Under the pieces are notes generated by a model. The model was not told the DNA's origin. It did not search any database and saw only the letters and a program-made list of their open reading frames with translations. Below are positions 28,388 to 42,150 of a DNA stretch of 64,000 nt, in pieces; the stretch's first letter is position 1; every line of letters begins with the position of its first letter. The translations under genes and the position numbers were made by a program. The stretch comes from Eledone cirrhosa (taxonomy: Eukaryota), in NCBI GenBank assembly GCA_964016885.1, contig OZ024747.1, positions 23,560,001 to 23,624,000 of the forward strand, given 5' to 3'.

Positions 28388-31206
28388 GTAAGTCTTTACT
28401 ACAATATCAAACAAGACCAGCTAGAAATCACAGCTAAATCTCTCAAATTATTGGGTCGTCAAGTTTGAAATGTGTAGAAATTTGTAGAAAAAATACAAGT
28501 TTCTACAAATTTCATACTTGACGTCCAATACATACTATTTTTTTTTAAATGAAACATATTATCAATAGTAATCCAAGACACATGCATATAAGGAGCACAT
28601 AAGGACACATTTAATATCAATAAAATCTATAAAAGTGATGTAGATAAGTTCCTTCTGCAATACCAAACAAGATGAAATCTAGCTGTTTTCGTGTGGGCTG
28701 CTAAAAATAGCAGCCAAATCTCCTCAAATTACACCTTACCATCATAAAAAGGACGAATGCATTCAATATTTAGAGTATCTCTAAGACATACAAGAGAAAC
28801 ATTCACAAGAATGATGCCGACGAAATATTTTTTAAATAAAACTTAGATACACAGTTATTAGGTCTGCTAGAAATGACAACCAAATCTTCCCCAAATCATA
28901 CCATCTTAATGAATGAACAAATTGGATAATGTACTCCTAGTTAACTCTATCCCATAAAGAAAAGAAAATTTGATGATCCTAGCTGGAATATCTTTTATTA
29001 TAATTCTGCTTGACTTGAGCCAACCATGGTGTAAAACAGCAGGCTGACTCCTTTGATACTAAACCACCTTGAAACTACCCCTGTTTCTACAATACATCAT
29101 TTGTTTTAAAATGTTTATATTTATCTAAAAGCCTATCATAATTTAATGTAGGAAGCTTTATGTTCCAAATACCAGCTAAATAATGAAAAAGTTAGTTATA
29201 TGAGCAAATTTTTGATTATTTTCAAAATGATTTAAAAATCATAATCAGTATATTTCATAAGAAATATGATAATGAAAGGGTTAAATAATGTACATTATGT
29301 GGAAATAGCGTCTAGATATATTTTTCCATTTTTTTTTTTTACTTCATTTCTATAGGCTAACTTTATAGGCAACATTCCTCAATCAATACAGCTGAAAACA
29401 GGGAATTTCCCACATATCTGGTATTACCTATGTATCTGGTATTTTTCTTTCGTTTTTCTGTGAATTTATAATGTAGATATATAGGAATTACACAAGCCTC
29501 TATTGCAGGCACATGACCTACTAAAAATAGAAATCAAATTCACTCAAATCACTGTCTCAGAATAATAAAATGAAGACATAATGGCAATGTAGATCTCGAT
29601 ATATAGATACAGGCTTTTTAGGGCTAAAGTAGGTTTGGGATTAAATAATAAAACACATACACACACATACATGTGTATCATTTGTACAAATCTATCTGAA
29701 TTCATGTATTCATACATGTGTATCCAGTTTTCAGACTAGGTACACCATATCCTTGTGTGTTGTAAGAGATGTCTAAAAAGGTTAGCACCAGGAAGGGCAT
29801 CCAGCTGTAAAACTCTGCCTCAGAATGCCCTATCCATCCTATGCCAGCATGGAAAATGGACATAAAAAGGATGTTGATGATGGAGTGTGGATGTGTGCAT
29901 ACATGCATATACACACAGGTCAGGCCTCCTTGTAAAGTAGGGCCCCTCTTCAAGCAAGGTCCCCACCTTAAACAAAGCTCCTGCTACTTTTTTAGAACAG
30001 AGTTAGGATAGAGCCCTGATCACAAACATAATTTTATCTTTTAGAGAGTATGTCTTTCGAAATGTAATTGGTGTGACTTCTGTGCCAATTTATTAAAACT
30101 TTTCTACTTTGGCAACACCAGTTGGCAAAAGTAGGAGCTGGTGTATAGGGTGTATATGTATGCCTGTGTATGAATGTATGTATATGTGTATATATATTTG
30201 TGTAAGTATGTGTGGTTATATGCATGTGTGTGAACAATCCTTTGCTACCACCATTATTTGACCTCATGACCTAGTAGTGGGCTGATGTAATTGAAGAAAT
30301 TTAAATCTTTTCTTCTCTATTCAGTATCACTCTCTCTCTCTCTGTACATATATATTTATGTGATGGACCCACCAAACTTAAACTGCTCCACCCCCACCCT
30401 CAGGTCTAAATCTGGTCCTATATACACATCTCCATTACATATACAGTTTTACTTATCTAATCTTGCATACTGTTTATTATTATATATTCTTTTATTCTTT
30501 TACTGGTTTTAGTCATTAGACTGCAGCTATGTTGGGGCACTGCCTTGCTTTAATCAATCATATTGACCCCAGTACTTATTTTAGTGATCTCAGATTTGTT
30601 GAAACACTGTTACAGAACATAAAATAAACACACACACTCATATAGATATAAAAGGATTTTTTAGGAAGCGCATCCAGACATAGAAACCATATAAAAGATT
30701 TTTTTTCCAAACTCGGTTTGCTATTTCCTGAAGAAGTTTGTTCAGTTTGTTTCTTCAACACTTTACCAAGGAAAGTGGGGTTCCAAGAGTATTCCTTTGT
30801 AACACTAGAGGTTGTCTCATCCACTGCAGACTAAATGGATTTCTCCACTCCATACAGTTTCCAGTTTCCTTCTACATCTACTTTCTGCATTGCAGTGCTT
30901 GTGCTGGTGGGCATATCTTTTGTATTTATGACATACTACCAGTTGACTTAGTCCTTTGTCATCTTCTTCATGAGCTTCAGTTTCTTGAGGTCATCCTTAA
31001 CATTGGCAAACCTCTTACTTCCTTCTTCTCTCCCAGCTAAACCTGACATCTAGCCTTTCTTCTAGCTACTTGCTGTTATTGTTCCTTGCTACCCCTTCTA
31101 GACTTTCAAAGCTTGTTTCTTGGACGCTTCCATGATATAATTCCTTTAATTTCAATATATGGCCTCAGATCAAATAATTTGCCAGACAAGAACAATTTCA
31201 AAAAGT

Positions 31207-31243
<37 letters not shown>

Positions 31244-31363
31244 ATTTAAAAATTTTGTTTCACTTGATTGTTTTATTCTATAAACAATTCTATTTTTCTA
31301 CACCGGCCAGTGAGCTGTCTTGTACATTTACTAAGATCAATTCTGCCATCACTACTTTAAAAT

Positions 31364-31582
31364 ATAATTGTTTCTACTTTAGGCACTAGGCCAGCAATTT
31401 TGGGGGATGGAAAATCAATTAAATCAACCCCCAGTGCATTACTGGTACTTTATTTAATGACCCCATAAGGATAAAAGGCAAAGCTAACCTCAACAGGTTT
31501 TGAACTTAAAACACAAAGGGCCGTAACTCCATACTGTAAAGCATGTTGTCTGATGCTCTATTGATACTGCCAATCCACCACC
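31364..31582 (-). mobile_element. MetaSINE-like SINE, long subtype
   Basis: Reverse-complement match to 37947-38167. Confidence 0.8.
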
Positions 31583-31834
31583 TTTGCATACATATTTTGA
31601 CAAATAGTATTAATTATTAATCAATGGTGATGGATTAGCAGTATTGATAGACCATTGAAAAACATGTTTGCTTTTCATCCTTCAGGGGTAAATATCAGAG
31701 AAGTACTGGGGTCAATATAACTGACTTTCCCCTTCCTTTAAATTGCTGGCCTTGTGTTAATGCTAGAAAGAAATATTGTCTTTTCCTTACCACATAATTA
31801 TTTCCAGTTAGTTTTTTAATGTTTCTTGGATTAA

Positions 31835-32052
31835 CCCTTTAGCATTTAAACCAGCTGTATCCGGCCAGAATTCTCTCACCTCTTTCAAACCGGCCATAAC
31901 CGGCCACTCATACTGATATTAAGGTATTGTTCTCAAAATAGATAACATCATCAAAATTTCATAGATTCGATGTTATGTGAGATATTATGTCAGATAAAGC
32001 CTTTACCATGAAAATATAATAGTAAATATAGAGTAATGCAAGTGCTAAAAGG
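31835..32052 (+). mobile_element. piggyBac-type MITE (family of 24929)
   Basis: TTAA|ccctttagcat ... gtgctaaaagg|TTAA, with shared internal sequence. Confidence 0.85.
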
Positions 32053-33321
32053 TTAACGCTAAACTTCTGAAGCTTTACATAAGGAAAGAAAAATTAGAAA
32101 CCTTGTTGAATTTATGAATGTAAGTATTGTTACAAACATAATGAAAGGGAAGATAACCAGTATGTATTCTCAATCATAATCATATCAAAGATGATAATGT
32201 TGATAAGGACTTCACAGTTGTTGAAATATTAAGGCATAGCTGTGTGGTTAAGGAGCTGTTCAGTTCCACAGCATGACACATTTGGCAAGTGTCTTTTGCT
32301 ATAGCCCTTGGCTGACCAATGCCTTGTAAGTGAAATTTGGAAGCTGGAAACTATGTGGAAGCCCATTGTATACATGTATAAGTGTGTCCATGTTTCCATG
32401 TCTGTGTTTGTGTCTTTTAACTTAATGACTCCACAAAAAGAGCTTGATAAAATATGTACCAGACATTTAAAAATTAATAAATACTGGAGTTAATATGATC
32501 AAGTAAATCCTTTGAAGGTGGTACCCCAGCATGGCTGCAGTTTAATGACTGGAACTTGTAAAAGAATAAAAAGTATTGGTTTCATTTAATTAGTCATAAA
32601 GATAGTTTTTAATAAAATGGGATATATAGTTTATTGAACATCAGTGCAGTACTTATATTTATTGACTTCAGAAGAATGAATAATTTGCAGAGAAGCAGAA
32701 GATATCTAAATATTGGGACTTGTCCGACTGCTTTTCTTTTGTGCCAGTTGCTATTAAGACCCCCTGGTGTTCTCGGTCTTTGGACTGCTAACTCCTCTGA
32801 AAAATTGAGAGAAGTACATCCTACCTAAGAAAGGAACCCCATGAGAGGTATTGGCTGATACAGTGGGCGTCGGTGTCTGTTATTTGCAGCAATACTTTTC
32901 ACCATTTTATCCATGAGGTGCAGCTGAAATATACAGATTAGCTGGAGGTATAGGGTCTGCCCCTCCCTTCCTCTTTCCTTCTTTCTTTCATTATTTATTT
33001 TATATATATATGTGTTATGTGTGTGAGTATATATATATATGAAATTATAAGTTTGAAGAAGTCAGACAAAATTTATTCAATTTTTCCTTCTTAGTCTGTA
33101 GAAATCAACCAGATAAATAATCATTTAAACAGAGCTAAGTTTAAAATGTAACTTTGAAGAAATAACTGATAAATGTTACAGACTTTCCTCTGTGAGGAAT
33201 AGTCAGATAAAATTTACCTAGTCTTTCCTCTTAGTCTGTAGAAATTAACTAGACAAATAACAATTAAACAGAGCCAATCTAAAATGTAAGTTTGAAGAAA
33301 AAAATATAGATAAACTTTACC

Positions 33322-33373
<52 letters not shown>

Positions 33374-33444
33374 TAATGTTAACTCTTCTTGAACTCAACT
33401 TCAGAATACAGTAAACCAAATCAAATAAATAATAGTTCAAACAT

Positions 33445-33445
33445 T

Positions 33446-33479
<34 letters not shown>

Positions 33480-33815
33480 CATGTATTTTCCATGCTTGCA
33501 TGGGTTAGATAGGCTGCCCACATTATGAGGACAGATAAATCGAGAGACAGCATCTTGCTCATATACTCCATCTTTGGCTTGGTTTTGTGCAGTTGGATAT
33601 CCTTCCTAACACCTTACAGGGTGGACTGGGTGCTCTTTGTCATGACACCAGCACTACCACTTAACAGGGAGGATTAGCTGCTTTTTATTTTTGTGGCACC
33701 AGTGCTGCCACCTAACAGGGATGACTGGGCGCTTTTTCATAGCACCAGCACTACCACCTTATGAGGGGGACTTGGTTCTTTTTCCATGGCACCAGCACTA
33801 CCACTTTACAAGGTG
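33445..33815 (-). mobile_element. RTE-tail SINE with internal ~40-bp repeats (family also ~29730-29880, 36910-37275, 42415-42550, 49395-49790, 50200-50370, 56185-56475, 60320-60575)
   Basis: (CAT)n tail, ttttccatgcttgcatggg, ggat..ccttcctaa, repeated ctgggtgcttt...gcaccagcactaccac. Confidence 0.7.
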
Positions 33816-33837
33816 CCCACACCCATACATATATATA

Positions 33838-34123
33838 TACACCTGATGTGCCCCTTCCATACACATGCACACATGTGTGCACTGTTCATTTTACTGATGT
33901 TTGTGCATTGCCCTATGTACTGTACATGCACTTTTTTGATGAGTTGTGGTGCACCTGGGCACTGTGCACAATATTTCATTATTGTTATTGTTATTATATC
34001 ATGACTCATACACTGTTTATTTTCCTGACATTTGTACATTATTCTATGTACTATACATGCACCTTTGATGAGTTGTAGTGCACCTGAGCACTGTACACAA
34101 TAATTTCATTATTTCATTATTTC
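33838..34123 (+). mobile_element. Two tandem CR1 3' UTR fragments
   Basis: Both match 20240-20405. Confidence 0.8.
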
Positions 34124-34139
34124 ATATATATATATATAT

Positions 34140-34296
34140 AACGAAGGAAATGTGGTAAGGAACCAGGTGGACCATAACGCACCAAAGTACTCAATACTTG
34201 AGGTAGTAGAGTGGGTAATAGGAACCAGTAAGACCCCGACAGCTGAGCTCAAGCCGTCGAAACGGCTTGAGCTCAGCTGTCGGGGTCTTACTGGTT

Positions 34297-34300
<4 letters not shown>
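34140..34300 (-). mobile_element. Fold-back element in (TA)n: 39-bp perfect arms, 4-nt loop, 79-nt tail
   Basis: Arms 34219-34257 and 34262-34300. Tail nearly identical to 18161-18239. Confidence 0.88.
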
Positions 34301-34333
<33 letters not shown>

Positions 34334-35547
34334 AAATAATAGATGTCAGCTCAGCTCAAAACTGAACATAGTAAAATATCCAGTGCAGACATTTCCACCT
34401 CTCTATTCACCCTAGATGGATATCATCTTGAACTACTTATTTTTCATTTAAAACCAAACCCTATTGAATTAACAAATTTTCCACCCACCCACCCCAACAT
34501 ACATTAATAATAATAATAATACACAAGATTAAGAATTATATATTATAATCTCTTTATGACAGATTGTATCTTATAATTATACAGTGAATATATTAGAATT
34601 TGACAGCTAAATAAGCAGCTGTTTAGTTAACCTGCTATATTAAACAAATATGATAGAGAAAACCTTGTGCTTGGTATGGTTTCAGGGGAAAACAAATAAA
34701 CTAAAAACAATAGTCAGTTGACAGTCACATGGTAAACTATATAATTCTTTCTGAGAAAGAATTATTACTTTCATATTTGCATCAGCTTCAGACTAAAATT
34801 TAATCATGAGTAATATAGTGATTATTTATATTTAAAAAAATAGTACGAATAAACAGAGAATTTTTGAATTCCATTAATAATTTTTCAACTGTATTTTTTT
34901 TTTCTTCTTTCATCATAAAAATTGATTTATTTGTTAAGTACATTTAAATACTGTCACTGAGCATCTCCCTTGCCATCCTCCGAGGAAACGCTTTCTCCAT
35001 TCTGTCCGCCAGGGCTGTGGGACAGCCAGCACATGGGACCCCATTTGCTCACTATACAGAGAGATGGGGGCGATAACGGTGAGAGTTCGGCTCTTCCATG
35101 TTTGGACACATTGCACCTGTCAAGAGTGTATTTTCATACCTGTGTTATAGATAATAGTTAGACTTGAAACCAGTGTCACAATCTCCCCCACACTTTTCAT
35201 TCTCTTGTTTATTGTGGCAGACAGTGGTTTGTTATGCTGGCATTCTCTCAGTTCCAACATGAAGTTAATGTCCAAATGGCTGAACATTTCACATACACAT
35301 GCACCCTTAACACAGTTCTCAGGGAGATTCATCATGACACAGTGGCCCTTTTAATTGCAGCTACAACTCATTTTTGCCAGCTGAGTGGACTGAAGCAACA
35401 TGAAATGAAGTGTCTTGCTCAAAGACACAATGCACCACCAGTAATCAAACGCACAAGATTATGATCATGAACTAAATACCCTAACCACTGAGCCATGTGC
35501 CTTCACTGTTATAACTAAGGCTAAATGCTCAATAAGTAATTACTTAA

Positions 35548-35782
35548 CTCTTTTGACACCAAACTTGTCAAAGCCAGATCTGATTCTATGAAGCAAAATC
35601 ATACATTTTAAAGGGCTCCTATTTAAATCTTCCAACAATATTTTATATAAGAACCATATGTTATGTTACTATCTTCATAAAGAAATAATCAATAATTTTA
35701 GTAAATCCTTCAAAATTCTTCATTAAATAATTTGAAATACTGTCAGTGAAATTATTTCATTAGAAATACTGTCACAAAAGGG
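35548..35782 (+). mobile_element. Older piggyBac-type MITE, second family (related relics ~29047-29284, ~35870-36103, ~50815-50955)
   Basis: TTAA|ctcttttgaca ... tgtcacaaaaggg|TTAA. Confidence 0.6.
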
Positions 35783-36261
35783 TTAAATTGACCTAAGTTG
35801 GCAGTAGATCCAGTTTATAATTCCTGGTAGAATTGGGGTGCGTTGGTATCAAAAAAGTTGCGATCATTGCATCTCATCCAAACTTATGTAAAACACCTCA
35901 ATTCTATATTGACAGACATCTAGTTTTAAACTGTTCACATTTAAATAAAAAATGGTATGGAAGAATATCTTTGCTAAACATCAGCTTAATAATATGACAA
36001 ATTATTTTACTAAATTTCTTCAAATTGTTGATTATTTACAAAATTAATTAAAAAACATAGGTGTGGTGTATTGCATTAGAAACACCGATATCAAAAGGGT
36101 TATGCTTAGAACTCATAAGATTTGAATTAGTATGGATGATGGTATTGGACTACTATCTCCAAGTATATGTAAGTCATTGTAAATATACATTGTTAGACTT
36201 TTTTTTTTATTGCCCCTACCTCCACTCTGATCCCATCTTACCAACTTGCCAAAACCACTCC

Positions 36262-36415
36262 TGATCTCATATTACCAGCCCACTTTGAACCACCCCTGGT
36301 CCCAACTTGCCAATGATCTCATATTACCAGCCCACTTTAAACCATCCCTGATCCCAACTTGCCAATGATCTCATATTACCAGCCCAGTTTAAACCACCCT
36401 TGATACCATCTTACC
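36262..36415. repeat. 52-bp tandem repeat, 3 copies
   Basis: tgatctcatattaccagccca begins at 36262, 36314 and 36366. Confidence 0.85.
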
Positions 36416-36829
36416 ATTAATATTAAAGTGTCCATATTTAGATTAATACCTTAATCAAAATGTCATTACTACATGGATTAATAACACGAGATTTTAGAAT
36501 ACTTTGTTTGTTTATTTTTAAATTGTATTCTAAACACTAGCTTAATATTAACCAATAAATATATTAATACAGTTTACGTTTTGTTTTGTTTTACTAAATA
36601 CATGTAAATTATTGATTACTTTTAAAATTAATTGAAATATGTAGGAAGTTTATTATTGTTTCAAATATTTTATTTCATTTTTTAAGACATTTGGGTGTGA
36701 TTTGAGGAAATTTGATTGCTATTTCTAGTTGATTGGACTATTGCTTAGTTGTACACTTCATTTGTATCATTTATTTTTGTTTTGAAATGTAGAACTCATA
36801 TTTCTTCCTGTACATTAATGTTTCTTCAG

Positions 36830-36877
36830 TTGAAGTCTTTTTATCCAGGAATAAAGCTTCACCTGGAGAAAATAGCT
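36830..36877 (+). CDS. Candidate 48-nt phase-0 micro-exon (LKSFYPGIKLHLEKIA)
   Basis: tttcttcag| acceptor, open frame, weak GCT|gtaatt donor. Confidence 0.2.
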
Positions 36878-37946
36878 GTAATTAACTACTGATTTGATAA
36901 GGTTATCACATGAGACAAATCAAAGCAGGCAACTGCGTCTTGCTCATAAGGATCTGTATTTGGCCAGGTTTCTATAGCTGGATGCCCTTCCTAATGCCAA
37001 CCACATTAGTGTGGAGTAGATGCTTTTTATTGTGGCACCAAAATGACTATCTAACAGGATGGTCTGTGTGCTTTTTTGTCATGTCCCCATCGCAACAATC
37101 ATACAGGGTGAACTGGGTGCTTTTTTTCAATGTCACCAGCAGGACCACCTTACAGTGTGAGTGGGTGCTTTTTTTCGTGTGTTACTAATACAACCACCTT
37201 ACTATATGCTTTTTTGTATGTCACTATCGCAACCACCATACAGAGTGGATTGGGTGCTTTTTTTTTTGTCATACCAGCAGCATTTTGGGAAATCAGTTGT
37301 CCTGCTTTCCATGCTTGTATACAAGGGTTGGGTAAGAGTGGGGTATCAAGGGTCAGGGTGGGGAATGTGTCAGCAAGTTGAACATGGATGAGGTGAGTGG
37401 GATATTTAGCAGGTGAGGGGAGTATTATGACTGGGATGTGAATAGGAGAGGAGTAGGGAGGGAGAAATGTTTATATTATCATAATAAAATCCAGTATAAG
37501 AGTAAAGATTACAATTGTTTCTGTCTATGAGGTACATGACATTAAGATTTAATGACATTAAGATCTTCAAACACCCATAGCATTTGCAGTTTGATATAAA
37601 ACCATTCAATAGAACAACTTGAAGACAACACAAATAATGTCTTGCTGTTCCATGGTAATAAAGTGAACACTCTTCCCTATTACATTCATTTGACTGATCA
37701 AGATGAAACTATTTTGTAACTTTTCATTGAAAAGTATGTTTAATAACTACTAAAATATTGCTTTATTCTCTTTGGAACTCAAGTACCAACTCTTCGTTAA
37801 ACCCAACACAATATATTACAAAAGCACCCAACCCACACTGTAAAGTGGACATGTAAAAGACATGGCAAAAAGCACCCAAAGGAGTGGCATGACAAAATTA
37901 GTAGAATAACAGTTTAAAAGACCTTTCATTATTTAATCAACTCAAA

Positions 37947-38817
37947 GGCGGTGGATTGGCAGTATCGGTAGAGAGTCGGAAACCATGCTTTGCAGCAAAG
38001 AGTTACGGCCCTTTAAGATCTGAGTTCAAATCCCGCCGTGGTTAACTTTGCCTTTCATCCTTACAGGGTCGATAAAATAAAGTACCAGTCACGCACTGAG
38101 GTTGATTTAATCAACTTTCTCCTCCCCCCAAATTGCTGGCCTTGTGCCTATATAAGAAACCATTATTTAATCAACTCAAGAGTGGTAGATTGGCAGAATC
38201 AGTAGAGTGTTGGACAATATGCTTTGCAGCATAGTTACGGCCCTTTACATTTTGAGTTCAAATCCCACCGAGGTTAGCTTTGCCTTTCATCCTTACGGGG
38301 ATCGATAAAATAAAGCACCAGTAATGCACTGGGATAATTGCTGGCCTTGTGCCTAAAGTAGAAACAATTATTAACCCACAAGGGGCGGTGGATTTGCAGT
38401 ATCAGTGGAGGGTCGGACGCCATGTGTGCAGCACAGAGTTACAGCCCTTTACAGTCTGAGTTCAAATGCCACTGAGGTTAGTTTCGCCTTTCATCCTTAC
38501 AGGGTCAATAAAATAAGGCACCAGTAATGCACTGGGGTCAATTTAATTGACTTTCCCTTCCACTTCAAATTGTTGGCCTTGTGTTTAAATCAGAAGCCAT
38601 TATTTAATCAAACCTTAATAATCCCAGGGCGGTCGATTGGCAGTATCGATAGAGGGTCGGACGCCATGCTTTCCAGCATAGTTACGTCCCTTTACGATCT
38701 GAGTTCAAATCCCACCGAGGTTGACTTTGCCTTTCATCCTTACGGGGTCGATAAAATAAAATACCAGTAATGCACTGGGTAATTGCTGGCCTTGTGCCTA
38801 AAGTAGAAACAATTATT
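37947..38817 (+). mobile_element. Head-to-tail array of four full-length MetaSINE-like SINEs
   Basis: Copies at ~37947-38167, 38180-38372, 38384-38604 and 38628-38817. Each has an A box (tggcagtatcgg), a B box (gagttcaaatcc) and gcctttcatccttacggggtcgataaaat. Confidence 0.9.
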
Positions 38818-39572
38818 TAATCAACACTTAGCAAGATATTCTTAAAAAGTATAAAACAATACTCTACCTGTATGACATTAAAAATAAGTCTTCACAAAAA
38901 TAAGTCTGGGATGAGGTGATAAAAGTTGATTTCACGCAATTTCACCACACAGAAATGAGATCGCTGGCATTGTGCAGTACTGCAGAAACCTGCCCTCAAG
39001 TGGCTTCTACATGAAACCACATTAACAAGACTTTCTAGAAATATACAAAATAACACTATGAGTGCATTACATTAAAAATTAAAGTGTTTACTTTAGTACT
39101 ACAAATTTTCACAAAGATCTGTCCACTAGTAGAGATAGTATAAATATTTGAATTAACAAACCCATCTTTAGATATTTTCTGCTCAATCATTACATGATGT
39201 TAAGAGTTAATGAGTACTAGGTTTAATAAGAATTTATAAATATTGTGTTATCCTCATCATTGTCATTTTATGTCTACTTCTCCATTCTAGCAAGGGTGGA
39301 TGGGATGTTTTAAGGAAATGATGTTAACCCTTTAAGTTACCTCTTATTACAAGAGGCATATGATGTGCCCATTCTAAAAATAGAGATAAATATTACAAAA
39401 TAAAATAAAATTCATAAAAACTTAATTAATTTTGAATATTTTTCAGAGTATTTGTCAGTAAATCGGATCAACTTGTAAAATTAAGCTGTTAAAAATTTAT
39501 TCTCATCAAAACATATGACAAGTGTAATCTTAGCCTGCAGTTATTACATGTGTGAATTGTATTGAAATATAG

Positions 39573-39626
<54 letters not shown>

Positions 39627-39756
39627 TGTGGTTACTGTTATATCTGTGTGTGGTCTGCAGGTCTATATACAAATATATTCATTTTCCACTGTCTCTTCTA
39701 TACACAAAAAAAAAACATAAGAGATTCCCTTGACATATATAGCAATTCCTTTATAA

Positions 39757-39835
39757 ACAGAATTATAGAAATATCTATCTTCTGATGAGGAGACAATAAT
39801 CTCAAAAATGCATCATGGTAATTTATTTTTCTGTG
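39757..39835 (+). ncRNA. Degenerate hammerhead-like motif
   Basis: CTGATGA-G-GAGA-caataa-TCTC-aaaaATGCATC. The last part resembles GAAACGCGTC after CpG decay. Flanks tatctt/atggta and acaga/tctgt can pair. Confidence 0.4.
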
Positions 39836-40756
39836 TACATATGGAGCAGTGGAATGTATTTACACTTTGTTCATCTCCCTGGTGAGGCTTATAATTCAAA
39901 TAAGTCGACATTAAATTTACCTTAAATCCTCTAATATATGCTGATCTAGCTTAAATAATTATCTCTGTCTGTGTGTGTGTGTGAGTGTAGATGTATGTGG
40001 GTGTAGATGTGTGTGTATAAATGTGTAGGTGTCTGGGTGGATGGGTGTCAGGTGGGTAGTCTCAGTTGATTGAATTTTTTTTAACTCTCCATATTTAGAA
40101 TGCGAGACTCTACTTATACAGATATACTTTATGCAGAATATCCCCATCACCACTTTATGTACTCATCCACTGGAATTACTTGGAATGGATTTTTTTACAC
40201 AATAATTTTGACATTAAAATTTGATGTCAAAACTAAATGTTCTCTGCTATACAGTAGTCTTTGTAGCTATTTCAAGTATTTGGTTTAAATATATTTAATC
40301 CTTCTCTTACCATATTTCAAATAAAATGTTTTATCCATGTTACAAATTTTGAAAATAAGTAAGAATTATGAAGGATTTAGTAAGATAATTGACCTTTTCA
40401 TTATTAAGATTATAAGAACATATCTTGACAAAAGGTTTTTATTGAAAGTTATGTTGAAAAGTTTAAATTTGAATATGAACTCTTTAGAATTAGAGATTAT
40501 ATTATCAGGTAGGTTGGTATCAAAAGGATTCATGAGAAAAGGAATAGTAAAGTATTGCAAATAACACATGGATTTAACCATTTTCAGTAGACCTTCTTAG
40601 AAACACACTTTATATTTCTGATATTATTTATATCAACTTGAAAGAATGTGATCCCTTGTAACTCTACATTGAAATACTTCATACAGTTGTTCACTTCAAT
40701 CCAGCAATCCTAGCATAAAAACCTAAAAAATCTTATATCATGCTTTTTGCTTTCAG

Positions 40757-40798
40757 GAATCTAATTTGGATCCTAAATTTTCCGAGATTCAAACAGGG
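40757..40798 (+). CDS. 42-nt phase-0 micro-exon (ESNLDPKFSEIQTG)
   Basis: Strong acceptor tgctttttgctttcag| and consensus donor GGG|gtaagt. Length is a multiple of 3 and compatible with exon A. Confidence 0.6.
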
Positions 40799-41149
40799 GT
40801 AAGTAACTTGGATACACGTCAGTGTAGTAATGGAGTATATGTAGTACAGTGTTAGTTATTGTAATCCTTGAACACAGGCTTGAATCTGTTGCATAATCAA
40901 AATATATTGCTTCACTTCACAACAGCTTCCTTCTTCTATTTAGAATTCATTGTTGAAGACATTTATAACACTTTATCACTCATAAAATATCATTGTCAGC
41001 CTTGTCACACACTGTATCATGCTGAATCTCCCTGAGAATTATGTTAGGGGTACACGTGTCTGTGGAATGCTCAGCCACTTATTCTTTAATTTCATGAGCA
41101 GGTTGTTCTGTTGATTGAACAATTGAAACACTCGTCATGGAAACTGACA

Positions 41150-41488
41150 TCTTTCTGTTCAAACCAGCCATAACGGGCCATTCATACTGACGTTAAGGTA
41201 TTGTTCTAAAAATAAATAACTTCAAAATATTATGTGAGATAATTATATAAGATAAAGCCTTTACTGTGAAAATACAAGTGTATGTATAGAATAATGTAAA
41301 TGCTAAAGGGTTAAACCAACTGTAACCAGTCACTCATACTGAGATTAAGGTATTATTCTCAAAATAAATAATATAAAAATCTCATAGATTCGATATTATG
41401 TGAGATTGTGAGATAATTATGTAAGATAAAGCCTTTACCATGAAAATATAATAGTAAATATAGAGTAATGTAAATGCTAAATTGTTAA
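41150..41488 (+). mobile_element. Two tandem partial piggyBac-type MITEs
   Basis: Each ends aatgctaaa...|TTAA (41311-14 and 41485-88) and matches the 24929 family. Confidence 0.75.
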
Positions 41489-41499
41489 CCAATGTGCTT

Positions 41500-42150
41500 G
41501 GGGGTTAGATCCTGTCTTTATCATGTTTCAAACCTCATTTTACTGGGATATATCCTAATTTTGGTAAATCTGCTACAGTGCATCCCATACTTAAAAGGCC
41601 ACCCCCTTTAGCCTTACAAACTACTACCATATCACTCTCACTACCCACATTTCAAAGGTGATACAAACTGTCGTTAACATTCACCTTCACCAACATCTTC
41701 AGTTTCTCTTTATTTCCTCTACAACTATCTGTACAGATTCCACACAGTTAAATCTATTGGCAACTTCCTCTCCAATGTAATTCTATGTACTTAACATTAT
41801 CAATGCATTTGATTATGTCTAATATGAAAATACCCAAGCTAAGCAGCCTGCATACGGGCTTCAACGATCTCTCTTCTGGACTGAAAATTTCCTGTCAGAC
41901 CACACCATCATCATATGCACTAGCAGAGCTTTCTCTAACCCATTCTTTATCAATTCTACTGTACTTCGAGACTTAGGTATGTCAACCAGATTTTCTCTCC
42001 TCTACATTAATGACCGCTAATAACATTCCTATGCAAATATAACTTTCCATTTCTTCTACACTTTGCTCGCATAGACCACATCTCTCCATCTCTCTATCAT
42101 CGTTACAACAATGACCTCTGCTCCTCAGAACTAACTAGTTACATTCCACC
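41500..42150 (+). mobile_element. Highly decayed CR1/L2-group RT fragment
   Basis: Frameshifted remnants PILK, NYYHITLT..ISKV, W.ENFLSD, LYIND, SYAN. Confidence 0.5.

Noticed and set aside
29356-29420. Possible exon after a strong acceptor (ANFIGNIPQSIQLKTGNFPHI)
   Set aside because: Only a weak phase-2 donor (gtatta), incompatible with the phase-0 exons; not supportable without RNA data.
37947-38817. tRNA gene cluster
   Set aside because: A and B boxes are present, but there is no cloverleaf and each head continues into the SINE body.
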